NCBI GenBank assembly: GCA_902624425.1
Contig: CACNXK010000002.1
Span: forward strand, 17,873-81,872
Origin: an uncultured SAR86 cluster bacterium
GTDB lineage: Bacteria; Pseudomonadota; Gammaproteobacteria; Magnimaribacterales; D2472
Reading direction: 5' to 3'
Length of the DNA: 64,000 bases
The notes beneath the pieces are model-generated. The model searched no databases. It was not told the DNA's origin and saw only the letters and a program-made list of their open reading frames with translations. Shown in pieces: positions 9,559 to 18,841 of this stretch (position 1 is the first letter of the stretch; each line of letters opens with the position of its first letter). The position numbers were made by a program, and so were the translations under genes.

Positions 9559-11216
9559 TACAACCTAAACACTCCATACTCTTTGGCACCCTCTACTGGA
9601 GTGTTGTTACAAATTGATAAACAAAAAGCAATTATCTTTCTTGTATCTCTTGGATCAATAATTCCATCATCTGTTAGCATACTGCTTGCTACTAAAGCAT
9701 GTGACATTCTCTCTGCAGCGTCTTCAACCATCTTTACAATTTCTGCATCTGCTTTTTCATCAAATTTCTCGCCAGTCCTCATTGCTTTCGCTTTCCTGAC
9801 TATAGACATGACTCCTGCGATTTGCTCTGGACCCATCACAGCAATTTTTGCAGTCGGCCATAAAAAGGTGAAACGATTGTTGTATGCTCTTCCAGACATT
9901 GCATAGGTTCCTGCACCATAGGAAGCGCCAACAATTATGGTTATATGAGGAACTGTTGAATTTGATACAGCATTTATCATTTGCGAACCTTTTTTAATGA
10001 TTGCCTGCCTCTCAAAATCTTTACCTACTAAGAAACCTGTTACATTTTGTAAAAAAATCAAGGGGATATCTCTTTTATTGCATAACTGAATGAAGCTAGC
10101 TGCCTTTTCAGCACATTCTGGATAGATTGGCCCATTATTTCCTAACACACCAACTTGATAGCCATGAATACAAGCCCATCCACAAATCATAGTTTGGCCA
10201 TAAAGAGGTTTGAATTCCTCAAATTGTGAACCATCGGTTACTCTAGAAATAATCTCTCTAATATCAACGGGAGACTTCAAATCCTCGCTAATCAATCCAA
10301 GAAGATCATCTTGATCATATTTAGGACTTTTAGATTCTTTTATTGGACCAAGACCTTTCTTTTCCCAATTAAGGTGTGAAACAACTTCTCTACAAATCCT
10401 AAGTGCATCCATCTCATCCTCAGCAAGATAGTCTGACAAGCCAGAGGTGTCTGAATGCATTTTTGCACCTCCAAGAGTTTCATCATCAGATTCTTCTCCA
10501 GTAGCCATTTTTACTAGAGGAGGACCAGCAAGGAATACTTTTGATTGGTCTTTTATAAAAATATTGTAATCTGACATTCCTGGTTGATATGCACCGCCAG
10601 CAGTAGATGATCCAAAAACAACAGAAATCACGGGAATACGTAATTTTGACAGCTCGGTCATTTCATAAAAGAATCTTCCCGTAGCAGCAAAATGAGTTGT
10701 ATGAAGTGTTGGCGCTATAGGAGCCTGGCCACTTTTACTGCCGGTTCCCATGCTAAGGTCTCCACCAGCAGACTCAACAAAACTTATGAATGGGATTTGA
10801 TTAACTCTTGCTATCTCAATTGCTCTTGCCCATTTTTCACCAACATAAACTGTCATTGCTCCAGCTTTAACAGATGGATCATTGGCAAATACCACACACT
10901 CAACCCCTGCAATAACACCAACTCCGCTAACGCAACCACCACCAACTGTGTAATCAGTTCCATATGCTGCAAAAGGACTAATCTCAAGAAATGGTGTATC
11001 AGGATCGAGAACTTTCATCACTCTTTCCCTGACAGGCATTTTTCCTCTTTTTGCTAATCTTTCGTGATGGTGTTTACCTCCACCAAGCTCTACTTGATCT
11101 AGAAGATCATCTAGAAATTCCAATTTATTGAGCATTACCTCTTTATTTTCTTGAAATTGTGAGGAGTTCTGATCAATGTTTGATTTCAAAACGGGGGCTA
11201 AATTCTTATTTTTCAT
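9558..11216 (-). CDS. Acyl-CoA carboxylase carboxyltransferase (beta) subunit, AtuC/MccB type
   Basis: 552-aa ORF. The N-terminal region GGGKHHHERLAKRGKMPVRERV..LDPDTPFLEISPFAA is typical of MccB/AtuC-type carboxyltransferases. TAATG overlap with the alpha-subunit gene. Confidence 0.88.
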   Translation of the reverse strand: MKNKNLAPVLKSNIDQNSSQFQENKEVMLNKLEFLDDLLDQVELGGGKHHHERLAKRGKMPVRERVMKVLDPDTPFLEISPFAAYGTDYTVGGGCVSGVGVIAGVECVVFANDPSVKAGAMTVYVGEKWARAIEIARVNQIPFISFVESAGGDLSMGTGSKSGQAPIAPTLHTTHFAATGRFFYEMTELSKLRIPVISVVFGSSTAGGAYQPGMSDYNIFIKDQSKVFLAGPPLVKMATGEESDDETLGGAKMHSDTSGLSDYLAEDEMDALRICREVVSHLNWEKKGLGPIKESKSPKYDQDDLLGLISEDLKSPVDIREIISRVTDGSQFEEFKPLYGQTMICGWACIHGYQVGVLGNNGPIYPECAEKAASFIQLCNKRDIPLIFLQNVTGFLVGKDFERQAIIKKGSQMINAVSNSTVPHITIIVGASYGAGTYAMSGRAYNNRFTFLWPTAKIAVMGPEQIAGVMSIVRKAKAMRTGEKFDEKADAEIVKMVEDAAERMSHALVASSMLTDDGIIDPRDTRKIIAFCLSICNNTPVEGAKEYGVFRL

Positions 11217-11271
11217 AATGCAATTTGAGAGATGATATTATATTAATAATAGTAAAAATAAGGAAATTAAG

Positions 11272-11895
11272 ATGGCAATAAAAATTTATAGTTGTGAGAA
11301 TTCAAGAGGGTTGAGACCAATTTGGACAGCAGAAGAAATGGGCTTAGATTATGAGTTGATAATGATGCCATTTCCTCCAAGAGTTTTTATGAAAGAATAT
11401 CTAGAAATCAATATGCTAGGTACTGTTCCATTCATGGTTGATGGATCTGTAAAAATGACCGAATCTGTTGCAATTTCTCAGTACTTAGTAGAAAAATATG
11501 GTCCAAGCGATCTTCAAGTTACGCCCGACGAAGATGATTACCCAAATTACTTAAATTGGCTATTTCATTCTGATGCAACTCTGACATTTCCACAAACTGT
11601 TGTTCTAAGATATAAACTCCAAGAGCCAGGCGTTGCTGATGCTGCAGTAGAGGGATACAGCAGATGGTTTGTGTCAAGGTTGAAACTTCTAGAAAAAACC
11701 CTAGATAACAGAGAGTATTTGTGCTCAAACCGTTTTACCTTAGCTGATATATGTGTCAGTTATGCAATCAACCTTGCTGAAGCTCTAGGTATAGAGCAAG
11801 CATTTAAGCCAAATATTAAGCGATGGACAGATAATCTGTTTTCTAGACCTGCTTTTATAAAAAGCAAAGGCTTTAAATATGAACCTGAAACTTAG
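11272..11895 (+). CDS. Glutathione S-transferase family protein
   Basis: 207-aa ORF. The thioredoxin-like N-domain carries G-site motifs GTVPFMVDG and ESVAISQYL, followed by a helical C-domain. AAGGA lies 9 nt upstream of the ATG. Confidence 0.8.
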   Translation: MAIKIYSCENSRGLRPIWTAEEMGLDYELIMMPFPPRVFMKEYLEINMLGTVPFMVDGSVKMTESVAISQYLVEKYGPSDLQVTPDEDDYPNYLNWLFHSDATLTFPQTVVLRYKLQEPGVADAAVEGYSRWFVSRLKLLEKTLDNREYLCSNRFTLADICVSYAINLAEALGIEQAFKPNIKRWTDNLFSRPAFIKSKGFKYEPET

Positions 11896-13138
11896 ATTAG
11901 TTACTTTTTTTTCACTTATCCTATTTGCAAACTCTTTTGTATATGCAAATAAAACTAACCATATTCAAACCATTCATCTCGGTTCAGGTTGTTTCTGGGG
12001 CGCTGAAAAGGGATATGAATCCCTGGATGGAGTTATTGATGCAGTTTCAGGTTATGCAAATGGGTATGGAGTGAGTCCAAATTATAGATCTATCATCCAG
12101 ATTAAGAACAAATTTAATGAAAATAATTTTGCAGAGGTAGTCAAAGTAACTTTTAACAGCAATGCAATTTCACTTGATGAAATTCTAAAACATTTCTTTG
12201 AAACCCATGATCCAACACAACTTAATAGACAAGGTAATGATATTGGAACTCAGTACAGATCAGTGATCCTATTTTCAAATGAAACTCAAAGAAAACTTGC
12301 TGAAGATATCTTGAATGAGTATCAATCTCTTCTTTTTGATGCGGGTTATGGGAAAGTAGTTACCCTTATAGAGCCATTAGACAATTTTTATTTAGCTGAA
12401 AACTATCATCAGGATTATTTAAAGAAAAATCCTAACGGTTATTGCCCAGACTTATCAACTGGTGTTGTATTCAATGAGGAAGAAAAAGATATTTTAGATA
12501 ATCAAGATCTGCTAATCGGTAAGCAAATATTGATCCTGGATTCACAAAATTATTGTCCCTATTGCGAGAAATTAAAGCTTGATGTAACAAATGAATACAA
12601 AGGCAGCATCCCCATGTCTTATAGAACATCCGATCAATTGCATGACTTAGAAATTAATACTCCCACATGGGCAACTCCATCTGTAATCTTCTTAGAAGAT
12701 GGTAAAGAGGTTTTTTCGCATCAAGGCTATATTGATCAAAAAGATTTTTATTTGATGCTTGGAAAATTTAAATTAGGAGACTCAGAAGCATATGATGTTG
12801 CATTTAATAATGGGACTGATGCAAGATTTTGTAAGGAATATGAAATCTTTAAAAATACTCCAGATGGCGTATTTATAGATAAGTTAAGCGGAGAGCCTCT
12901 ATTCGATACTAGAGATCGATTTGTATCAAGATCAGGATGGCTTTCATTTACAAGACCAGTAGAGGGCTCAGTTTACGAAAAACCTGATAATAGTTATGGC
13001 ATGCGAAGAACTGAAATTCGATCTATGTCATCTGACATTCATCTAGGTCATGTTTTTGATGATGGCCCAAATGGATTGCCAAGATATTGTATAAATGCAA
13101 CCGTATTAGAGTTTATTCCTAGAAAAGGTTCAATTTAA
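11879..13138 (+). CDS. msrAB: Secreted tri-domain methionine sulfoxide reductase: signal peptide - MsrA - CPYC thioredoxin/glutaredoxin-fold domain - MsrB
   Basis: 419-aa ORF with a Sec-type signal (MNLKLRLVTFFSLILFANSFVYA). The MsrA active site is GSGCFWG (Cys38). The central domain has ILILDSQNYCPYCEKL (Cys226/229) and a cis-Pro-like ATPSVIF. The MsrB C-terminus has GWLSF, HLGHVFDDGP and RYCINATVLEF (Cys404) and lacks both Zn CxxC pairs. 17-nt overlap with the GST gene. Confidence 0.85.
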   Translation: MNLKLRLVTFFSLILFANSFVYANKTNHIQTIHLGSGCFWGAEKGYESLDGVIDAVSGYANGYGVSPNYRSIIQIKNKFNENNFAEVVKVTFNSNAISLDEILKHFFETHDPTQLNRQGNDIGTQYRSVILFSNETQRKLAEDILNEYQSLLFDAGYGKVVTLIEPLDNFYLAENYHQDYLKKNPNGYCPDLSTGVVFNEEEKDILDNQDLLIGKQILILDSQNYCPYCEKLKLDVTNEYKGSIPMSYRTSDQLHDLEINTPTWATPSVIFLEDGKEVFSHQGYIDQKDFYLMLGKFKLGDSEAYDVAFNNGTDARFCKEYEIFKNTPDGVFIDKLSGEPLFDTRDRFVSRSGWLSFTRPVEGSVYEKPDNSYGMRRTEIRSMSSDIHLGHVFDDGPNGLPRYCINATVLEFIPRKGSI

Positions 13139-15075
13139 TAAGAAATCCCATACCCAAATTCATAAGTTGGGTTTGCAGAGTCATCTGGTAAGTCTTCCTT
13201 CTGATTAAGTACTGATTCCATTGAGGAGGGTATTTCAAAAGGTAACTTACCTGATGGGTTAAATTCTCCAAACAGTCCCTCAAAAATTATCCGATCTTGA
13301 ACACCAAAAGTTCCAATCAAACCAGAAGAACTCTCCTTGATATTTTTAAGAATTGCTGGTCTATTGAGATCAACAACTATAATAAGCTCCTTTTTATTTG
13401 AATAGGCTTCAATTTTTTTACTTATCTCTTGATTGAAATTTAAGTCTCCATTTGGGAACAATGTACTTAGAAAATTATCAAAAACTCGATTTAATCCAGA
13501 TTCTTGATTTCCATTGAATACAGTGTGAATATACATAATGACTGCATCGGCATCATCTGGATCTTTTACTATTTCACCAAATTCTCTTGCTTCTTCTTCG
13601 TTTAAGCCATCCACGAATATTCTCGATCCTTTCTTTAGGGGTAATATCCCATTATTTTCCAACAGAACTATTGATTTTCTTTGTGCCTCTAAGCCTGCTT
13701 CGATATTATCTTGTGTATTGACTTTGTACTGGACAAGCTCCTCATTTACATAGGGGCTATCAAAAAGACCTAATTCAAATTTATTTAAAAGGATTCTTCT
13801 TACAGATTCATCAATTCTGACTTCTGTAATTTGACCATTTTTTACAAGATCTATTAAATAGTTTGTATCTTTTTCTCCTCCATATTGATCGATTCCAGCT
13901 TTAATAGACTTTTCATACCTTTGTTCAATTGAAAGCTCATCAACTCCCCAATGTCTTCCAGTAATGATCCCCCAATCAGAACAAATTACTCCATCAAATT
14001 TCAGCTCCTCCCTTAGAAGATCTTTAAGAATATAGCTATTGAACGCCATAGCAACATCCTCATCTGTTTGACCAACGGGAATGCCATAATATGGCATTAC
14101 AACTTTAAGATTATTTTTTATTGCCTCTCGGAAGGGCAATAAATGATATTCAAAATTATCTCCTGGATAGATTTGGTTTCTTCCGCTAAAAAGATGCGGA
14201 TCAAGTCCATTTTCTTGTGGTCCGCCCCCTGGAAAATGTTTCACCATTGTCAAAACGCTATTATTACTGATGTCTTTTTGTTGAAAGCCATTCATGTATT
14301 CAATGGTCATTTTTGAGGACATCTCAGCATTTGACCCAAAGGTACCAAAGTTTCTAGCCCATCTTGGTTCAGTTGCTAGATCTGACATTGGATGTAAAGC
14401 TGTTCTGATGCCAACAGCCAAGTACTCCTCCCTAACAATTTCTGCAAATTCTCTAATTATTTTTGGATTTGATGTTGCAGCAAATCCTAATTGAGATGGC
14501 CACTTTGAGAAACCATCAACAGAAAAAGATGCTACACCTCCACCTTTTGGAACTTCATGAATAGGATCTGAGCTTATTGTTATTGGGATACCTAATCTGG
14601 ATCTAGATGCAGTTTTTTGAAGAGAATTTATCTTTTTTGCTAACTGAGTTGGGGTAGGGTTTCCATAAAGGTTGAAATGAGTAATATGATCAAAAATTAT
14701 TTGTGATTCCGTTGATGAATTCCCTCTTATTGCAATTTCATAAAGAAACATCAATATATCTGGCTTTAGAATAAAAGGAGGGTGAAACATTTGACCAACT
14801 TTCTCCTCAAGAGTCATTTTCCTCAGAAGATCATTGGCACGATCTCGTGGTAGATTTCTATGATCTTCATAAATATCTAATTGCCCATTCTTGTTTAGAT
14901 CTCTAAATTCTTGCCCATCTATTGTTAAATTATTAACTTCACTTAACAAGACTCTGTTTATTTTTATTTTTTCAACAGGTTTTATAAGTTTTAAAGAAAG
15001 AAGAACTAAAAGAGTAATTAGCAGTAAAAACAGCAAATAAAATATATGTTTGAATATACCCTTAATGCTTATCAA
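13135..15075 (-). CDS. Glycoside hydrolase family 3 (beta-glucosidase/beta-hexosaminidase-like), membrane-anchored or secreted
   Basis: 646-aa ORF with an N-terminal TM/signal anchor (IFYLLFLLLITLLVLLSL). GH3 signatures are KHFPGGG, the nucleophile context GVICSDWG, and a C-terminal alpha/beta domain. Its stop overlaps the msrAB stop (TTAA). Confidence 0.85.
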   Translation of the reverse strand: MISIKGIFKHIFYLLFLLLITLLVLLSLKLIKPVEKIKINRVLLSEVNNLTIDGQEFRDLNKNGQLDIYEDHRNLPRDRANDLLRKMTLEEKVGQMFHPPFILKPDILMFLYEIAIRGNSSTESQIIFDHITHFNLYGNPTPTQLAKKINSLQKTASRSRLGIPITISSDPIHEVPKGGGVASFSVDGFSKWPSQLGFAATSNPKIIREFAEIVREEYLAVGIRTALHPMSDLATEPRWARNFGTFGSNAEMSSKMTIEYMNGFQQKDISNNSVLTMVKHFPGGGPQENGLDPHLFSGRNQIYPGDNFEYHLLPFREAIKNNLKVVMPYYGIPVGQTDEDVAMAFNSYILKDLLREELKFDGVICSDWGIITGRHWGVDELSIEQRYEKSIKAGIDQYGGEKDTNYLIDLVKNGQITEVRIDESVRRILLNKFELGLFDSPYVNEELVQYKVNTQDNIEAGLEAQRKSIVLLENNGILPLKKGSRIFVDGLNEEEAREFGEIVKDPDDADAVIMYIHTVFNGNQESGLNRVFDNFLSTLFPNGDLNFNQEISKKIEAYSNKKELIIVVDLNRPAILKNIKESSSGLIGTFGVQDRIIFEGLFGEFNPSGKLPFEIPSSMESVLNQKEDLPDDSANPTYEFGYGISY

Positions 15076-15096
15076 TTAACTGAACCAATTATTTAT

Positions 15097-16251
15097 TTAG
15101 TCTGAAAAGAAACCATTAACTCTTTCATAAGACTCAACAAATTCCTCTTTAAACTTTTGAACAGTTTGCCCAGCGCTTAAGGTTTCATTTACCAACCCAA
15201 TTCCTTGGCCAACCCAGTAGGTTTCAAGTTGTTTCGCGCCTTCATGACCAATTGCTGCTTGATCAGACACTTTTTTGAGAGCGGGCTCACTTACCATAGT
15301 TTGAAGAGGCATTGGAAGAGGCTCCGGTGCATCCTTTGATTCCCATGCATCAACCCATGGAGATTTTAACTGTCTAGAATGCTTCCCCGTTCTACTTTTT
15401 GATCTAACTGTGTGACTTGATGAAGCAGCAATCATTTTTTCTTTAACATTATCAGATGTTTCAGCTTCTGTTGTTGGAAGAAATACAGATGCACACCACA
15501 CTCCATCAGCACCCATCGCCATAACTCCTGCCATTTGTTCTCCAGTGCAGATTCCTCCAGCAGCAAGAATAGGAACATCTCCGTAAGGTTTTAGTGCTCT
15601 TCTTACTTCGGGAACAAGAACCATTGTTGAAACGCTTCCACAATGACCACCTCCCTCTGTGCCTGATACCACAATGATATCCACTCCTGCCTCAACTTGC
15701 TTAACTGCATGTTGTTTTGCACCAATTAGCGCAGCAACGGGAACATTGTGTTCTTTGCCCATATCAAGCATCCATTTTGGTGGGACTCCAAGAGCATTTG
15801 CAACAAGGCCTATAGGGTGCGAAAAAGCAACTTCAAGCACTTCTTTGGCTCCATCTAGACCAGCTCCAAGGACTTGGTTTGAATTTTGCTCACTTCTTTG
15901 TGAGTCAGCATCAGACCGCAAATCATTTGCCTCAATATCATGTTTTTCTAGAACATCAGCTCTAAATTCCCTATGTTCTTGAGGAATCATAGCTCTAAGA
16001 TCATCAGTAGTTAGGTTTTCACCTTTACCAACGTAAGAATTAGGCACAAGAACATCAACTCCATATGGTTTTCCATCAACATGCTCATCAATCCAATTAA
16101 GCTCTACCTCAAGCTTTTCTGGAGATAGTCCGACAGCTCCCAAGACTCCCATACCTCCAGCTTTTGAAACAGCAGCAACAACATCTCTACAATGACTAAA
16201 AGCAACCATTGGAAACTCTATATTTAATAATTCGCAAATTTGTGATTTCAT
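15097..16251 (-). CDS. Nitronate monooxygenase / 2-nitropropane dioxygenase family FMN oxidoreductase
   Basis: 384-aa ORF with TIM-barrel FMN enzyme motifs (GGMGVLG, VVSGTEGGGH, ILAAGGI). It lies 21 nt upstream of the GH3 gene on the same strand. Confidence 0.75.
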   Translation of the reverse strand: MKSQICELLNIEFPMVAFSHCRDVVAAVSKAGGMGVLGAVGLSPEKLEVELNWIDEHVDGKPYGVDVLVPNSYVGKGENLTTDDLRAMIPQEHREFRADVLEKHDIEANDLRSDADSQRSEQNSNQVLGAGLDGAKEVLEVAFSHPIGLVANALGVPPKWMLDMGKEHNVPVAALIGAKQHAVKQVEAGVDIIVVSGTEGGGHCGSVSTMVLVPEVRRALKPYGDVPILAAGGICTGEQMAGVMAMGADGVWCASVFLPTTEAETSDNVKEKMIAASSSHTVRSKSRTGKHSRQLKSPWVDAWESKDAPEPLPMPLQTMVSEPALKKVSDQAAIGHEGAKQLETYWVGQGIGLVNETLSAGQTVQKFKEEFVESYERVNGFFSD

Positions 16252-16330
16252 TTTTTTTCCTATCTTTAGAATTTTATTTTAACCCAATTTTTTATTTGCA
16301 TGGAAAATATAAAACAGTAATAATTTAAAA

Positions 16331-16813
16331 ATGTTTTCAACTCCAGATCTCAAAGATAAGTATCAAAAAAAAGTTTTTCAAGGATTCGAATCAATGAAAT
16401 CTTTTGGAAATAGAGACTCCTTTTTTGGACAAATTAAAACTGTTACCTGTCACGATGATAATTCTAAAGTGAAGGAAATACTTGGTACTAATGGCAAGGG
16501 AAAGGTGTTAGTCATTAACTCAAATTTGATAACTCATGCAGCAATGATTGGAGATGAAATTGCTCAAAAAGCTATTGATAATGAATGGAATGGGATTTTT
16601 GTTGCTGGGTATGTAAGAGATGTTGAGCTCCTCAAGGAGATGGATTTAGGAATCTTGGCCCTTGGATCAACAACAACTAAGACAAACAAAAATAATAAAG
16701 GCTTTCTTGGGGAAGATATTATTTTTGGCGGTGTTATTTTAAGAGAAGATTCTTGGCTATATGCAGATAAGAATGGATGGTTAGTTTCGAGGGAACCTCT
16801 AGAATTTAACTGA
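16331..16813 (+). CDS. rraA: RraA family protein (RNase E regulator / 4-hydroxy-4-methyl-2-oxoglutarate aldolase family)
   Basis: 160-aa ORF, colinear with E. coli RraA (FGG(Q)I.TV.C..DN, NGKGKVLV, NEW.G, GGV....D.LYAD.NG). Confidence 0.88.
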   Translation: MFSTPDLKDKYQKKVFQGFESMKSFGNRDSFFGQIKTVTCHDDNSKVKEILGTNGKGKVLVINSNLITHAAMIGDEIAQKAIDNEWNGIFVAGYVRDVELLKEMDLGILALGSTTTKTNKNNKGFLGEDIIFGGVILREDSWLYADKNGWLVSREPLEFN

Positions 16814-17683
16814 ATCTATAAGCCTGTCTTTTTCAATCCAAATACTGTCAAGCCAATCCCGAAACTCAGTTCGATAAGAAGGATCATTAAGATAATCTCT
16901 TCTCTTTAAACTTTCTGGAATCCTTAACTTTTTCACAAAAACCTTTACATCTGATAGATCACCAATACAAAAATCCCAAAATGATCTTTTCTTTGATTTG
17001 TATACAATTGTGAAGTCCAAGAGATAATCTATTTTTGGAACAGCAGATAGACCTAATGCAATACCACCTATCTTTGGCGCAAGTAAATTTTTATATGGAG
17101 AATTTTGCTCAGCATGTTTTTTTGGATTATTTCTGGTGCCCTCAGCAAAGCTAAATATAGTTGTTGGCTGTCTTTCAAATCTTTTGCATGATGCAATAGT
17201 ATTCTGATAATCAAGTTTTCTTAAATTTGGATTTTTTTCTAATTGTTGTTTCGAATGTCTATTTACGAAGGGCATATTAAGGGTAACATTTGCAAGAAAT
17301 ACTGGAGGTAACCACCAAAGATCTCTCTTCATAAATATTTTAAACAAAGGGGCTTTAAAATTTGTAGCTGCTAAAACACAGAAGACATCACCCCATGATG
17401 CATGATTTGAAGTAGCTAAATACCATTCATCCATTGATACCTCATCTTCAATTATGAACTCCCATCTCTTTTGATGTAGGAATTGAATAGAGATCGCTAA
17501 AGATTTAACGGTAAGATCCCCAATTAGATTTGAAAACTTGTGAAGAGATCTTTTGAAAGGGCGGTATTTAACGATTATTCTTGGAGAGTTAATTACTGTT
17601 AATGTTCCAAAGCCAATAAATAAGATTATAGATATATTAATAAATGTAATTATTCCAATTAAAAAAGATTTTATTGTTCTCAC
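16799..17683 (-). CDS. Lysophospholipid/1-acylglycerol-3-phosphate acyltransferase family protein (YihG/PlsC-like)
   Basis: 294-aa ORF with an N-terminal TM segment. It has acyltransferase motif I NHASWGD (HX4D) and motif III FAEGTR. Its 3' end overlaps rraA by 15 nt. Confidence 0.75.
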   Translation of the reverse strand: MRTIKSFLIGIITFINISIILFIGFGTLTVINSPRIIVKYRPFKRSLHKFSNLIGDLTVKSLAISIQFLHQKRWEFIIEDEVSMDEWYLATSNHASWGDVFCVLAATNFKAPLFKIFMKRDLWWLPPVFLANVTLNMPFVNRHSKQQLEKNPNLRKLDYQNTIASCKRFERQPTTIFSFAEGTRNNPKKHAEQNSPYKNLLAPKIGGIALGLSAVPKIDYLLDFTIVYKSKKRSFWDFCIGDLSDVKVFVKKLRIPESLKRRDYLNDPSYRTEFRDWLDSIWIEKDRLIDSVKF

Positions 17684-17701
17684 GGATACCTCCGTTTTCT
17701 T

Positions 17702-18841
17702 TTAAAACCCTGTTAGATTAGCATATCTTTCCTGATGGAAAGTCGAATTTCCCAAAATTGTCTCGGCAACCCTTGCTCTTTTAAGATAAAAACCTATGTC
17801 GTACTCATCAGTAACACCTATACCGCCATGCATTTGAACCGCCTCATTGCTTACAAGATGCGAGGTTTCACCAACAATTGATTTTGCAAGACTTGAAAGC
17901 CTTTGAAGATCATTTGAATTTTCCTCTGCTCCTTGCATTGCAGCCATAACAGCTGATTTAGTTAATTCAATTTCGCAGAACATTTCAGCTGCTCTGTGTT
18001 GGAGCGCCTGAAATGATCCTATTGGAACACCAAATTGTTTTCTCTCTTTGAGATATTCAATTGTTATTTCAAATGCTTTTTCGCAAGAGCCTAACATTTC
18101 AGCAGAGAGAGCAATCCTTCCAACATCTAAAATCTCATTAATTGGCTCAAGACCCATATCGATTTCACCCAAAACCATAGTTTCATCAACAGATACATTA
18201 TCAAAAGTAATATTTGCATAGTTTCTTGAATCAGCCATATCAAGTTTAACTTTCTTTAAGTTGCTATTATCAGATTCAACCAAAAACATACTCAATCCAC
18301 CAACATCATCATCTTCGCCTGAAGTTCTTGCCACAACAATGACAATATCTGCACTTGCACCATCAACAACAAATATTTTTTTTCCGTTGAGAACATAGTT
18401 AGAGCCGTCTTTTATTGCTTTTAATTCGCAAATATTTGGATTGTGATGACTATTTTCATCTATTGCCAGAGCAGTTGTTAACTCCCCAGAAGCAATTTTT
18501 GTTAAGTACTTTTGTTTTTGTTCCTCTGATCCGAATTTTGTCAATGCAGTTGCACCCAAAACTCCAGTGGCAAATAAAGGAGAAGGTGTGAGAGTTTTTC
18601 CGCATTCTTGAAGAATAACGCTCATGCCAGTCAATCCAAAGTTTGAACCTCCACATTCTTCTGGAATCAAGATTCCTGACCACCCAAGCTTAACCATCTC
18701 ACTCCATACTTCTTTGTCCCAGCAAAGCTGATCATCTGAATCTCTAAGCCCTCTTAAATGGGAAACAGGAGTTTTTTCAGATACAAAACTTAGCGCTGTT
18801 TCTTTAAGATAGTTTTGTTCTTCGTTTAAGATTAACTTCAT
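17702..18841 (-). CDS. Acyl-CoA dehydrogenase family protein, short partner of second ACAD pair
   Basis: 379-aa ORF with IPEECGG, FQALQH and QMHGGIGVT. The canonical YEGT position reads ILGNSTF. It is paralogous to 2322..3410. TAATG overlap with the upstream ACAD. Confidence 0.82.
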   Translation of the reverse strand: MKLILNEEQNYLKETALSFVSEKTPVSHLRGLRDSDDQLCWDKEVWSEMVKLGWSGILIPEECGGSNFGLTGMSVILQECGKTLTPSPLFATGVLGATALTKFGSEEQKQKYLTKIASGELTTALAIDENSHHNPNICELKAIKDGSNYVLNGKKIFVVDGASADIVIVVARTSGEDDDVGGLSMFLVESDNSNLKKVKLDMADSRNYANITFDNVSVDETMVLGEIDMGLEPINEILDVGRIALSAEMLGSCEKAFEITIEYLKERKQFGVPIGSFQALQHRAAEMFCEIELTKSAVMAAMQGAEENSNDLQRLSSLAKSIVGETSHLVSNEAVQMHGGIGVTDEYDIGFYLKRARVAETILGNSTFHQERYANLTGF

